A DNA stretch of 64,000 bases, from contig JAYEGX010000055.1 in NCBI GenBank assembly GCA_034659295.1, positions 9,726 to 73,725 of the forward strand, in the 5' to 3' direction. Both the position numbers and the translations under genes were made by a program. How positions within the stretch are numbered: the first letter of the stretch is position 1; each line of letters begins with the position of its first letter. Shown here in pieces: positions 28,072 through 37,254 of the stretch. This DNA is from Candidatus Altiarchaeota archaeon. Lineage in GTDB: Archaea > Altiarchaeota > Altiarchaeia > IMC4 > QMZM01. The notes under the pieces were generated by a model that worked only from the letters and a program-made list of their open reading frames with translations, had not been told where the DNA came from and did no database searches.

Positions 28072-29103
28072 ATGAAAACAGGAGGAAGCCTTTGGGGGGA
28101 GATAGAGATAATAAAGGGAGAGGAGAAGATCAAGGAAAGAGATCTGGAGATGATTTACCCCAAGATAAAGGAGTTATACAATGCAATAGTCTCCGAGATG
28201 GGGAAGATTGTTATCGGACAGGATGAGGTTATTGAACAGATTCTGGTGTCTATTTTCTCGAAAAACCATGCACTTCTGGAGGGTTACCCGGGGCTGGGTA
28301 AAACCTTTACAGTAAGCACTCTCTCGCAGATACTTGACCTGGACTTTACGAGGATACAGTGCACCCCAGACCTGATGCCTTCGGATATAACCGGCACGTA
28401 CATCGTAGAAGAAGAGGGAGGAGGTAAGAGATTCAAGTTCGAGAAGGGTCCTGTTTTCACCAACATATTGTTGACTGATGAGATAAACCGGGCGACCCCC
28501 AAGACACAGTCAGCTCTTCTGGAGGCCATGCAAGAGAGACAGGTCTCTGCGGGTAACAAAACACATAAGATCGACTCGCCGTTCTTTGTTCTCGCAACAC
28601 AGAACCCCATAGAGATGGAAGGCACATACCCCCTGCCGGAGGCGCAGCTGGACAGGTTCCTGCTAAAAATTATAGTAACCTACCCCAAAAAGGAAGATGA
28701 AAGCAGGATAATAGAACTCTTCACCGGTGAAGATAAGACTGATGTGAAACAGCTGATACACAAGAACGAGTTCCTTAATATTCAACGCCTCACACGGAAG
28801 GTTCCCATATCCCAGGAAAACAGGGACTATGTCCTGGACATAGTAACCAAAACAAGACCCGAAAACGACGGAACAGCCAGAGAATACCTGGACTACGGAG
28901 CATCACCCAGAGCATCCATAGGACTGGTTTTGGCATCGAAGGCCAGGGCTCTGGTAAGGGGTAGAAGCTATGTTAACAGGGAGGATATAGAAAAAATGGC
29001 CTATCCCGTGCTAAGGCACAGAATTATTCCCAACTTCGAATCCGAGAGAAAGGGCGTTACAACAGATCACGTGATAGAAAAAATACTGAAAGAGGTGGGT
29101 TAG
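28072..29103 (+). CDS. moxR: MoxR-family AAA+ ATPase
   Basis: LLEGYPGLGKT, RIQCTPDLMPSDITG, DEINRATPKTQSALLEAM, ATQNPIE, EAQLDRF, GASPRA. Confidence 0.96.
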   Translation: MKTGGSLWGEIEIIKGEEKIKERDLEMIYPKIKELYNAIVSEMGKIVIGQDEVIEQILVSIFSKNHALLEGYPGLGKTFTVSTLSQILDLDFTRIQCTPDLMPSDITGTYIVEEEGGGKRFKFEKGPVFTNILLTDEINRATPKTQSALLEAMQERQVSAGNKTHKIDSPFFVLATQNPIEMEGTYPLPEAQLDRFLLKIIVTYPKKEDESRIIELFTGEDKTDVKQLIHKNEFLNIQRLTRKVPISQENRDYVLDIVTKTRPENDGTAREYLDYGASPRASIGLVLASKARALVRGRSYVNREDIEKMAYPVLRHRIIPNFESERKGVTTDHVIEKILKEVG

Positions 29104-29987
29104 TGGTTGTCGACCCGGATTTCCTGAACCAGCTGGGTAACCTGGAATTGATAGCCAGAAGGCGGGTTTCTAACATCAACGTAGGAAGTAAGAGATCTAT
29201 TCGAACCGGGAAGGGTATTGAGGTATCAGACCATAGGCAATATTATCCGGGCGACGACTTCAAGGCAATAGACTGGCGCCTATATGGCAGGACGGAGAGG
29301 CTTTATATCAGGCGTTTCGAAGAAGAGAAGGATTTAACAACACATATACTTGTGGACTCAAGCTCCAGCATGGATTTCTCCGTGGGAGGGATGAGGAAAT
29401 TCGACTACGCAGCTAATCTAGCCGCGGGGTTTGCTTATCTTTCGGTCAAAAAGTATGAGAAATTCGGTTCCGCTATGTTCTCCAACGGCATAAGGGATAT
29501 CGTACAGCCCAGGAAGGGTAAAAAGCACTTCTTCAGGCTTATTGAACTTATGGATAAATCAAAGCAGGAGGGGGAAACAGACCTCAGAAGGTCTATTGAT
29601 GAATACACGAAGATGATAAAATCCCGCTCCTTTGTAATAGTTCTATCGGATTTTATCGAGCCGATTGAATCCCTTGAGCATGCTGTCTTCAGGATTGCTA
29701 AATACTCGAAGGAGGCTATCCTGATGCAGGTTCTAGACCCCGGGGAGATTAACCTCAAGTGGAGGGAGGACGTGAACTTCGAGGATATGGAAAGTTCCAA
29801 ACAGGAGAAAACATACCTTAGCCCCCACTTCAGGGAGGATTACTCCAGAAAGATAAAAAATCACATCTACAACCTGCAGGAGATTTGCAGGGATGCTGGC
29901 GTGGACTTCTATTCCGTGACCTCGGATACTGCGTTGTTTGATTCCTTTATCCAGGTTATTGAGGGAAGGAAAATTAAAGCCCTTTGA
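29103..29987 (+). CDS. DUF58 / VWA-like MoxR partner
   Basis: HRQYYPGDD...IDWR, RFEEE, DSSSSM MIDAS-like, VLSDF. Confidence 0.92.
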   Translation: MVVDPDFLNQLGNLELIARRRVSNINVGSKRSIRTGKGIEVSDHRQYYPGDDFKAIDWRLYGRTERLYIRRFEEEKDLTTHILVDSSSSMDFSVGGMRKFDYAANLAAGFAYLSVKKYEKFGSAMFSNGIRDIVQPRKGKKHFFRLIELMDKSKQEGETDLRRSIDEYTKMIKSRSFVIVLSDFIEPIESLEHAVFRIAKYSKEAILMQVLDPGEINLKWREDVNFEDMESSKQEKTYLSPHFREDYSRKIKNHIYNLQEICRDAGVDFYSVTSDTALFDSFIQVIEGRKIKAL

Positions 29988-30050
29988 TTCTTTAAGTTTT
30001 AATGTAATATCTTATATCATAGGCTGGAGTAAATGAGAATTCTTTGAAAA

Positions 30051-31322
30051 ATGTACCGAAGTTATGAAGAAATGCCAAAGATAAGGCTTCCCAACGCAGG
30101 GGATATAAAAATAAGCGACAGCACCCTGAGAGACGGAGCCCAGATGACTGGCGTAGTATTAACCAGAAAACACAAACTCAGGATACAGGAATACCTGCAT
30201 GAGATAGGAATCGAGAAACTAGAATGCTTCCTGTTCAACGAAAGAGATAAGAAAGTAGCCAGGGACATGCTGGATAAGGGATACACGAACCCCGAGATTA
30301 CCGGGTGGGCTAGGGCAAACCCCAAAGATATTGATTTAGTTCTCCAAATGGATGGTATAAAAGAGACGGGGATATTGATGTCCATCTCCGAAACCCACAT
30401 ATTCGACAAGCTTGAGCTGGAGAAAAGAGAGGAAGCAACGGAGAAATACCTTAATGCATTAGAGTATGCAACAGACCATGGATTGAGGGTTAGATGCCAT
30501 ATGGAAGACATCACACGGGCGGATTTCTCTTTCGTGAAGGAGTTCACCAGAAAGGTTATAGAAATAGCACCTGATTCAATGATAAGACTATGCGACACGC
30601 TTGGTTTGGGATTGCCATTTGCAGAGAGCCCGTTACCCTACAGCATACCCAAGATGGTTAAGCTAATGAAGGAGTTGGGTGTTAAGGAGATAGAAACCCA
30701 CATGCACGATGACTTCGGACTTGCTATAGCCAACTCCCTGGCAGGGTACTGGAACGGAGCGAACTGGTCTAATCTCACATTCCTTGGCATAGGAGAAAGA
30801 GCAGGTAATGCGGAGCTGGAGAAGATACTCCTATTTCTCATATGGAGGATGGAGGGCTTCGAGCGATACAACGCAGATAAGCTGGTGGAATTCGCCGAAT
30901 ACATGGAAAAGGAGGTTAGAGTCCATGTACCCAGAAACAAGGCAGTTGTCGGAAGAAACATATTCGCCCACGAATCAGGCATCCACACAGCGGGTGTGAT
31001 AAAAAACCCATTCACCTACGAGCCATTCCCACCGGAGCTGATAGGAGGAAAAAGACGGCTGGTTGTTGGAGACACCTCAGGTACGGAAGTAATCAGAAAA
31101 AAGGTTGAAGAAATAACAGAGACATTGATGGGAGTGAAGGTGAAGGTTAAAAAGAGAGACCCGAGGATTATAAAAATACACAAGGAGATACACAAGCTGT
31201 ATGATGCAGAAGGCAGGTGTTCCTCCATCTCCGATGATGAAATGAGAAAATACGTGGAGAAATACTTCATATTCGAACCAGTAGCTGATGTTGTGAAAGC
31301 AAACGAAAACAACGGAGAATAA
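30051..31322 (+). CDS. DRE-TIM Claisen-type synthase (isopropylmalate/homocitrate family), most resembling Re-citrate synthase
   Basis: DSTLRDG, HMHDDFG, GERAGN, AHESGIH; Re-CS-like segments GY..PEITGW.RA, KETGILMS, RCHMEDITRAD, CDTLGLG; no IPMS regulatory domain. Confidence 0.75.
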   Translation: MYRSYEEMPKIRLPNAGDIKISDSTLRDGAQMTGVVLTRKHKLRIQEYLHEIGIEKLECFLFNERDKKVARDMLDKGYTNPEITGWARANPKDIDLVLQMDGIKETGILMSISETHIFDKLELEKREEATEKYLNALEYATDHGLRVRCHMEDITRADFSFVKEFTRKVIEIAPDSMIRLCDTLGLGLPFAESPLPYSIPKMVKLMKELGVKEIETHMHDDFGLAIANSLAGYWNGANWSNLTFLGIGERAGNAELEKILLFLIWRMEGFERYNADKLVEFAEYMEKEVRVHVPRNKAVVGRNIFAHESGIHTAGVIKNPFTYEPFPPELIGGKRRLVVGDTSGTEVIRKKVEEITETLMGVKVKVKKRDPRIIKIHKEIHKLYDAEGRCSSISDDEMRKYVEKYFIFEPVADVVKANENNGE

Positions 31323-31323
31323 G

Positions 31324-32034
31324 TCAGTGGTCTATCGTGTCAAAGTGCTTGGATTCAACGTTCCTGTTGGTGAACATATTAAGGTATTCCTTCACGTACC
31401 TGAGGAAAACTCGCATATATCCCTCCTGCTTAAACCTTCTAGCTGAATTGTAGACTACCAGGTTTTTATCGATCAGGATTCTCCCAAGTTTAGCACGGCC
31501 CATCCTAAGAGAAAGCTCTGTGTCCTCAAGCATGGACAGGCTTTCATCAAAGCCACCGACCTCCAGGAAGGCACTTTTCCTGTAGGCACAGTTGGGCGTA
31601 CCAAGCTGGTAGAAGCCAAACAATGCCGTGAACCTGTACCATAAATCAGAGTTGATTTTGAACATAAGCTTATCCAGTAACCGGGCATCAATAGGCCTTA
31701 AAACACCGCCGACGCCAACCACATCCGGGTCATTGAATTTATCTGCGATCTCCCCCACCCAGTTACTCTCCACCATAGTATCCGCATCCGTGAAGGCCAC
31801 AACATCAGCATCACTTGCTCTAACACCCAGATTCCGGGCAGGGCCCGGGGCATCGGTATGGGTCTCTATTACCTTATCCGCGTGATTCCTGCATATCTCA
31901 ACCGTTTTGTCTGTGGATCCAGCATCCACCACAATAACGTTGAAATTTTTATATCTGTTTTCCTTAATTGATTTTAGGCATTTACCTATGTCTTTTTCCT
32001 CGTTGTATGCGGGGATGATAACCGATACCTTCAT
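31324..32034 (-). CDS. GT2 glycosyltransferase
   Basis: SVIIPAYNEE, VVDAGSTD, ARNLG, FTDAD, GGFDE, EDTE. Confidence 0.92.
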   Translation of the reverse strand: MKVSVIIPAYNEEKDIGKCLKSIKENRYKNFNVIVVDAGSTDKTVEICRNHADKVIETHTDAPGPARNLGVRASDADVVAFTDADTMVESNWVGEIADKFNDPDVVGVGGVLRPIDARLLDKLMFKINSDLWYRFTALFGFYQLGTPNCAYRKSAFLEVGGFDESLSMLEDTELSLRMGRAKLGRILIDKNLVVYNSARRFKQEGYMRVFLRYVKEYLNMFTNRNVESKHFDTIDH

Positions 32035-32083
32035 CTTGAAAGTATAAAGTTATTCTACTATACAGTATAAATACATAAAAAAA

Positions 32084-33148
32084 ATGAAGCGCAGGACTAT
32101 GATATTGTTTTTGGTTGGGTTAATACTCATCCTCCTACTCCTGCAGACACTTGATATCAGACAGATTGAGGGAAAGCTGGCTAAGATGCCAAAACAAGAC
32201 CTCCTGGTTTATCTCACCGGCTTGTTAGTCATACAACTGGCTGTGATGCTCCTATCAGCCCTTAAATGGCGTGTTGTATTAAGAAACTCGCAGGTTTCAA
32301 TGAAAAACATTATCCCAGCAACCTTTGTAGGATATCTGGTCAACAACATAACACCCGTTGGCCTGGCCGGGGGGGAGCCAATCAGGGCATACATCCTATA
32401 CAAGACTGACCAGATTAGTATGCCAACCTCAGCATCTTCCGTGATAGTGGACCTCTTTTTGGAGATATTCCCCATCTTCATCATGATTCTCGCATCCATA
32501 GGAATTGTTTATTCCAGTGGTGTGCCCCCGGAGGTTTCCGTCCTATTGTTGCTGATGACGTTGATTCTGGCGGTATTTTTCGCTTCCGTGGTCAGTATAG
32601 CATACCATAAACCCTATTCCAGCAGTCTCATAAAACTTATAGGTAAAATCATCTCCGTAACGCCCTTCTTCAGAAGATACAATGAACGGCTTGGAGATGA
32701 ATTCGAGGACATAACCCGCAGATTCGATGAAGCAATGAAGCTGCAACTTCTGGACAACCAGATAATCATCCAGGGGGTTTTCATCTCCGCCCTGGTGTGG
32801 GTTCTGAGGGTTATACGGCTTTACGTGTCTTTTCTGGTCCTGGGGGTGGAGGTTGCATTACCCACTGTTGTGGTGGTGGAAACCATGGTCTCGGCGGTTT
32901 CGTTTCTGCCGCTGCTTCCAGGAGCCCTGGGTATATGGGAGTGGACTTCTGTGGAGCTGTTTAGCATCATATCACCTTACTCTGGAATCAACATTAGCAG
33001 GGAATATGCTGCCATGGGTACATTAATGAACAGGTTGTTTCTGTACCTGATACCCTGTGTTATTGGCGTTATAGCCGCATTCTATCTTGGATTGAACATC
33101 TTCAAGATAACAGAGGAGGACAAACGCGGGCTTGAAGAGTCCATCTGA
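32084..33148 (+). CDS. UPF0104 / LPG-synthase-TM flippase-like membrane protein
   Basis: NNITP...GGEPIR, LPGALGIWE, multiple TM; divergent from the GT2 gene. Confidence 0.85.
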   Translation: MKRRTMILFLVGLILILLLLQTLDIRQIEGKLAKMPKQDLLVYLTGLLVIQLAVMLLSALKWRVVLRNSQVSMKNIIPATFVGYLVNNITPVGLAGGEPIRAYILYKTDQISMPTSASSVIVDLFLEIFPIFIMILASIGIVYSSGVPPEVSVLLLLMTLILAVFFASVVSIAYHKPYSSSLIKLIGKIISVTPFFRRYNERLGDEFEDITRRFDEAMKLQLLDNQIIIQGVFISALVWVLRVIRLYVSFLVLGVEVALPTVVVVETMVSAVSFLPLLPGALGIWEWTSVELFSIISPYSGINISREYAAMGTLMNRLFLYLIPCVIGVIAAFYLGLNIFKITEEDKRGLEESI

Positions 33149-33185
33149 CTTTTATTGGTGAAATACCAGAATATTACCTCCCGAA

Positions 33186-33467
33186 ATGAAACTACCTAAG
33201 GTATTGAACACTTACTGCCCGCACTGCAGGAAACACGGAGGACATGATGTCTCACTCGGCAAGAAGGGTAAACAGAGCAGCATGAGAGAAGGGCAGAGAA
33301 AATTCAAGCAGGTGAAGAAGGGATATAAAGGCTCACCAAGAACGCCCAAAAAGCAGGTCTACAAAATAGGTAAACGTACTGTTGCAGTGCTCAAGTGCAA
33401 AAACTGCGGGAAAAAACACCAGAAGATTTATAGGTCCAGAAGCAGGAAGAGGACGGAGATAGAATGA
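33186..33467 (+). CDS. rpl44e: 50S ribosomal protein L44e
   Basis: NTYCPHCRKH, GQRK, LKCKNCGK. Confidence 0.95.
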   Translation: MKLPKVLNTYCPHCRKHGGHDVSLGKKGKQSSMREGQRKFKQVKKGYKGSPRTPKKQVYKIGKRTVAVLKCKNCGKKHQKIYRSRSRKRTEIE

Positions 33468-33643
33468 GCAAAAGCAGATTTCTAAGGGTTAAATGCGGTG
33501 ACTGCGGTAACGAACAGGTAATCTTTGAGAGAGCATCCACTGTAATTAAATGTCTCGCCTGCGAAAAAGTTCTTGCAGAACCAGGGGGTTCTGTAGCCGA
33601 CGTCAAGGCCGAAATACTTGATGTCGTCGACAATAAAACATGA
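33464..33643 (+). CDS. rps27e: 30S ribosomal protein S27e (59 aa, below ORF-track cutoff)
   Basis: MSKSRFLRVKCGDCGNEQVIFERASTVIKCLACEKVLAEPGG; overlaps the L44e stop. Confidence 0.95.
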   Translation: MSKSRFLRVKCGDCGNEQVIFERASTVIKCLACEKVLAEPGGSVADVKAEILDVVDNKT

Positions 33644-34062
33644 AAGAATTCGAGTTTCTGGAGCATACCGCTGATCTCAAATTCAGGTCCTACGGCAACA
33701 GCCTATCTGAATGCTTTATTAATTGTGCTAGAGCGTTCACCCACTCCATAGCAGACCTTGACTCCATAGAAAAAAAAGAAAAAAGGGAATTCACGGTCGG
33801 GGGGGATGATCTTGACCTGCTGTTGCATGATTTCCTTTCTGAGCTGCTTTTTCTTTTCGAAACAGAACATCTATTGTTCAGCGAATACAACATAAAAGTG
33901 GGAGAGGATGAGGGATTTATCCTGCAGGCATCGGTTTGGGGGGAGGAATATGATCCAGGCAGGCACCTGCTGAAGACCGAGATTAAGGCAATAACACTCC
34001 ACGACCTTTATGTGAAGAAGGTGGAAGGAAAGTGGATTGCCCAGGTTTTATGCGATATCTAG
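33640..34062 (+). CDS. Archease (RtcB activator)
   Basis: FLEHTADL, DFLSELLF, EIKAITLH, VLCDI. Confidence 0.93.
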   Translation: MKEFEFLEHTADLKFRSYGNSLSECFINCARAFTHSIADLDSIEKKEKREFTVGGDDLDLLLHDFLSELLFLFETEHLLFSEYNIKVGEDEGFILQASVWGEEYDPGRHLLKTEIKAITLHDLYVKKVEGKWIAQVLCDI

Positions 34063-35337
34063 CATATTTCTTCCTTCCCTGACAATCTGGTTCAGCTTTT
34101 TTTTGGTGGTTGCTTCTGCTGTAATCCTTATAAATGATTCCGTTCCAGAGGGTCTTATAAGAAACCAGCCCTCCTGCGAGGAAAGCCGCACCCCGTCGAT
34201 GGTGTTCAGCTCATAATCCAGTCTTTCGGCCTTCTTCAGAACAGATGCCATAATCTTTCGCTTCATATTTTCCTCGCATGGAATCTTCACCCTCAGGGTG
34301 GGGTATTCATTCACCTCATCCAGTATCTCATAGAAACGGTTCTCTGAAACCATCTTGGCTGTTACCGCAGCAGTTAATATCCCATCAGGGAACAAGTGCA
34401 CTTCCGGGAAAATAAAGGAGCCTGAGGGCTCGCCTCCAAAGTCTGCGTTCTCTCTCTTGACTGCGTTAGCCACGGAAACATCACCCACAGGTGTCCTGAT
34501 AACCTCCCCGCAGACCTCCTCAACCCTCATGGAAGCGTCCACTGTGGTAACAACCTTGTTTTTCCCATAAGCCAGCACGGAGAGAAAAGAATCCCAGTCA
34601 ACCAGCCTGCCTCTGGAGTCTATTGCTGCCGTCCTGTCAGCGTCCCCGTCGTGTGCTACCGCAACATCAACGCCTGAACCTTTTACCAGAGAGCAGGTCT
34701 CCCTCAGGTTCTCTTCAGTCGGCTCAAGACCGTGAGGGAATAACCCGTTGGTTTCGGTGTTTATGGCCTCCACCTGACATCCCATCTCACCAAGCAGAGA
34801 GGGTGTGATAACAGAACCAGCTCCGTTAGCGCAGTCAACCATTATCCTAACCTCATCACTCACCCGGCCCACCTTTTTTAGTATCCTATTCATGTGCTTC
34901 CCAAGGTAATCCACCAACTCGGCTTTGGTTTCCGATACCTTCACTTGCCTGAATTCCCTGGACTGGAATGCTCTCTGCAAACCCCTCTCCTGGTCTGGGG
35001 AGTAAGCCTTTCCCCTGCCCCAGAACTTGAAGCCGTTGTATTCCGGGGGATTATGGGATGCTGTCACCACCACAGAGGTGCCGTATTCCTCCGAGGCCAT
35101 GGCAACCGTTGGAGTGGGCACCAGCCCCAAATCCACTGCATTCTTCCCGGATATGTTCAAAGCAGAAATGAACTGCTCCTTGATTCGGGGAGAGCTCTCC
35201 CGGCAATCCATACCCACCGCAATAACCTTATCCCTTGAGCAGGTTCCCAGGGCCATGGCAAGATCTGCAACAAACTCCCCGTTAATGTCTTTAACCTTTC
35301 TTCTTATCCCTGAGGTACCGAAGAGTCTATCAGTCAT
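34048..35337 (-). CDS. Phosphohexomutase (phosphoglucosamine mutase / PMM-PGM family)
   Basis: LFGTSGIR, TASHNP, HDGDADR, GGEPSG, RPSGTE. Confidence 0.92.
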   Translation of the reverse strand: MTDRLFGTSGIRRKVKDINGEFVADLAMALGTCSRDKVIAVGMDCRESSPRIKEQFISALNISGKNAVDLGLVPTPTVAMASEEYGTSVVVTASHNPPEYNGFKFWGRGKAYSPDQERGLQRAFQSREFRQVKVSETKAELVDYLGKHMNRILKKVGRVSDEVRIMVDCANGAGSVITPSLLGEMGCQVEAINTETNGLFPHGLEPTEENLRETCSLVKGSGVDVAVAHDGDADRTAAIDSRGRLVDWDSFLSVLAYGKNKVVTTVDASMRVEEVCGEVIRTPVGDVSVANAVKRENADFGGEPSGSFIFPEVHLFPDGILTAAVTAKMVSENRFYEILDEVNEYPTLRVKIPCEENMKRKIMASVLKKAERLDYELNTIDGVRLSSQEGWFLIRPSGTESFIRITAEATTKKKLNQIVREGRNMLDIA

Positions 35338-36388
35338 TTTTATTTTCTGGGACAATAATCTTTGCGAAGTTTATTATAAGAATCAGCACAATAGGCCCCA
35401 GAAACAAGCCCGTGAAACCGAAGACCGCCGGCCCGAATATGTATGCAAGCATCAGGGAGCCCTTGTGCATGTCTTTACCGCTTACCAGAGGCCTTAAAAG
35501 CAGGTCGGGGGTGAAGTCCACGAAGACGTTGACCGTGAAAAGAAAAACCAGCAGGTAAGGCCACTCACAGAAAAGAAGGTCGTTGAGGTAGGCCTCAGCT
35601 CCTAGATAAGCAAATAATGGAACCCAGATAATCTTTATGCCCACGGCAGGCACGAGGGTTCCCAGACCGCATAGTATCCCAAGGAGGATGGGGTAGGGTA
35701 TCTGCAGCCCGGGGTTCGCTATCGTATTCAGCAGATGGAATAATATCACCCCAATCAGGGATGTGACCAGTATGGTTAGAATGTTCCCGAAGAATATCTT
35801 CTGGAGGCTTGAGTCAACGGATTCAATGAATCGGGTGAATGTCTCATCTCCCCCGGGAATAATTGTTTCCGTGAGAAAGTTTTTTATCTCGTGTCCGTGT
35901 TTGAGGAAGTAGAATGCTAGAGTGAATGTCAGAAAGAACTTGAATAGTATGCCGGCTATCTGGAACAGGGGAAGTATCAGGTTATCGTAGACTGTCATAC
36001 CCTCTTTTCCCATAAAACCCAGGAGGTCTACGTCTTCTAGGTTAAGGTAGATTTCCTCCAGCTCCCTTACTGCGTTATTTAGGTATTCATTCAGGATGAA
36101 CGCGTTAGTTGAGAGAAGCTGGTTTAGCTCGTGGGATGCTACGCTAAGGGAGTATAAGGCTATTGATATAACAGGCAGTACTAATACAATAAGCGACACG
36201 GTGATAGCTAAATCCCTGGATTTAATCCGCTTATCGAGCCTGTTTTTTATGGGTTTTGTTATGTAGTACAGGAAGACTGCGTAGATTAAGACATCAACGA
36301 AGCGGAGCATTACTGATGCGGTAACAATAAACAAGACGAAACCGAATAGGTAGATATAGAATCTACTGTCTCCCTTGAGTAAATCCAT
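35330..36388 (-). CDS. AI-2E/PerM-family transporter
   Basis: About 8 TM; LVPAVG, DLLLRP, FG..GLFLGP. Confidence 0.88.
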   Translation of the reverse strand: MDLLKGDSRFYIYLFGFVLFIVTASVMLRFVDVLIYAVFLYYITKPIKNRLDKRIKSRDLAITVSLIVLVLPVISIALYSLSVASHELNQLLSTNAFILNEYLNNAVRELEEIYLNLEDVDLLGFMGKEGMTVYDNLILPLFQIAGILFKFFLTFTLAFYFLKHGHEIKNFLTETIIPGGDETFTRFIESVDSSLQKIFFGNILTILVTSLIGVILFHLLNTIANPGLQIPYPILLGILCGLGTLVPAVGIKIIWVPLFAYLGAEAYLNDLLFCEWPYLLVFLFTVNVFVDFTPDLLLRPLVSGKDMHKGSLMLAYIFGPAVFGFTGLFLGPIVLILIINFAKIIVPENKND

Positions 36389-36444
36389 GATAATATAGTA
36401 TTAAACGAGAAGAAGCATTAAAGCCTTTTTTGGCATATTTAGCA

Positions 36445-37022
36445 TTACTGGCATAGAACTGCGAGGGGGTATTCAGCAGCAGGACACCAGTGCATCCTCA
36501 GCCAGCATTTCCCCTCATCGTCAAAAAAGCTAACTCCCCATTGTAGCCTGTTCGTATTCTGATCAACTATCATAAAACCGGTTGTTTGAATTTCATGATA
36601 GCCTGCTTGATATTGAGGTAGGGCTCCTACACTAGCAGTTTTGGTCATTTTATATGCACAATTAATAGGTACCATTCCATCGGGACACTCGGCTGCTATA
36701 TACCACTCTTTACCGCCCACAAATGGAACCGGGTTAATAACAAAATTTTCTCCTCCGTTGTCGTGTAGAACAGGACTGTCGAATAAATCCGACGTATATT
36801 CCACTGAATCCTTGCCGTAATACCATTCCACGCCCCCACAACTGAAATCTCCGTCATCGATAGCGCCCTGCAAACTCTTCTCCTGGCTGTTGATGTCTAT
36901 CTTAATATCATAACCTGAGTGCCACATATTCTTCGCAGGATCCCAGGAGCTGGCAACAACAAAACCAAGCCCGAAGAAAACCAAAAAACAACAACCCCCC
37001 TGGAAAAACCATCACCCACCAT
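36445..37022 (-). CDS. Secreted hypothetical protein; 5' end apparently frameshifted in a homopolymer
   Basis: The ORF 36445..36984 starts mid-signal-peptide. ATG 37022 (MVGDGFSRGVVVF) would join it with one extra base in the T6 (36983-36988) or G6 (36995-37000) run. Confidence 0.55.
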
Positions 37023-37254
37023 TTTTAATCAATAAAGATAGGGTAGATAATCCATTAGATAGGTTATGATTTGAGGGAAGAATCCGCCTCCAAAATCCAG
37101 ACATACTGGCAGATAAAATAGACCCGATTAACATCAGAGAAAAAAAAGCCACAAAAAGTGTACACTGATTTTACCTCACCCCCCCTAAACAATTAATCTT
37201 CAGGGGGTTATTCTTTAAAACAAGGAGGTGATTTTTTTTATATTCCCCATTCGT

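Noticed and set aside
26365..29987. MoxR/DUF58 cluster as a novel system
   Set aside because: Well-known widespread chaperone-like operon
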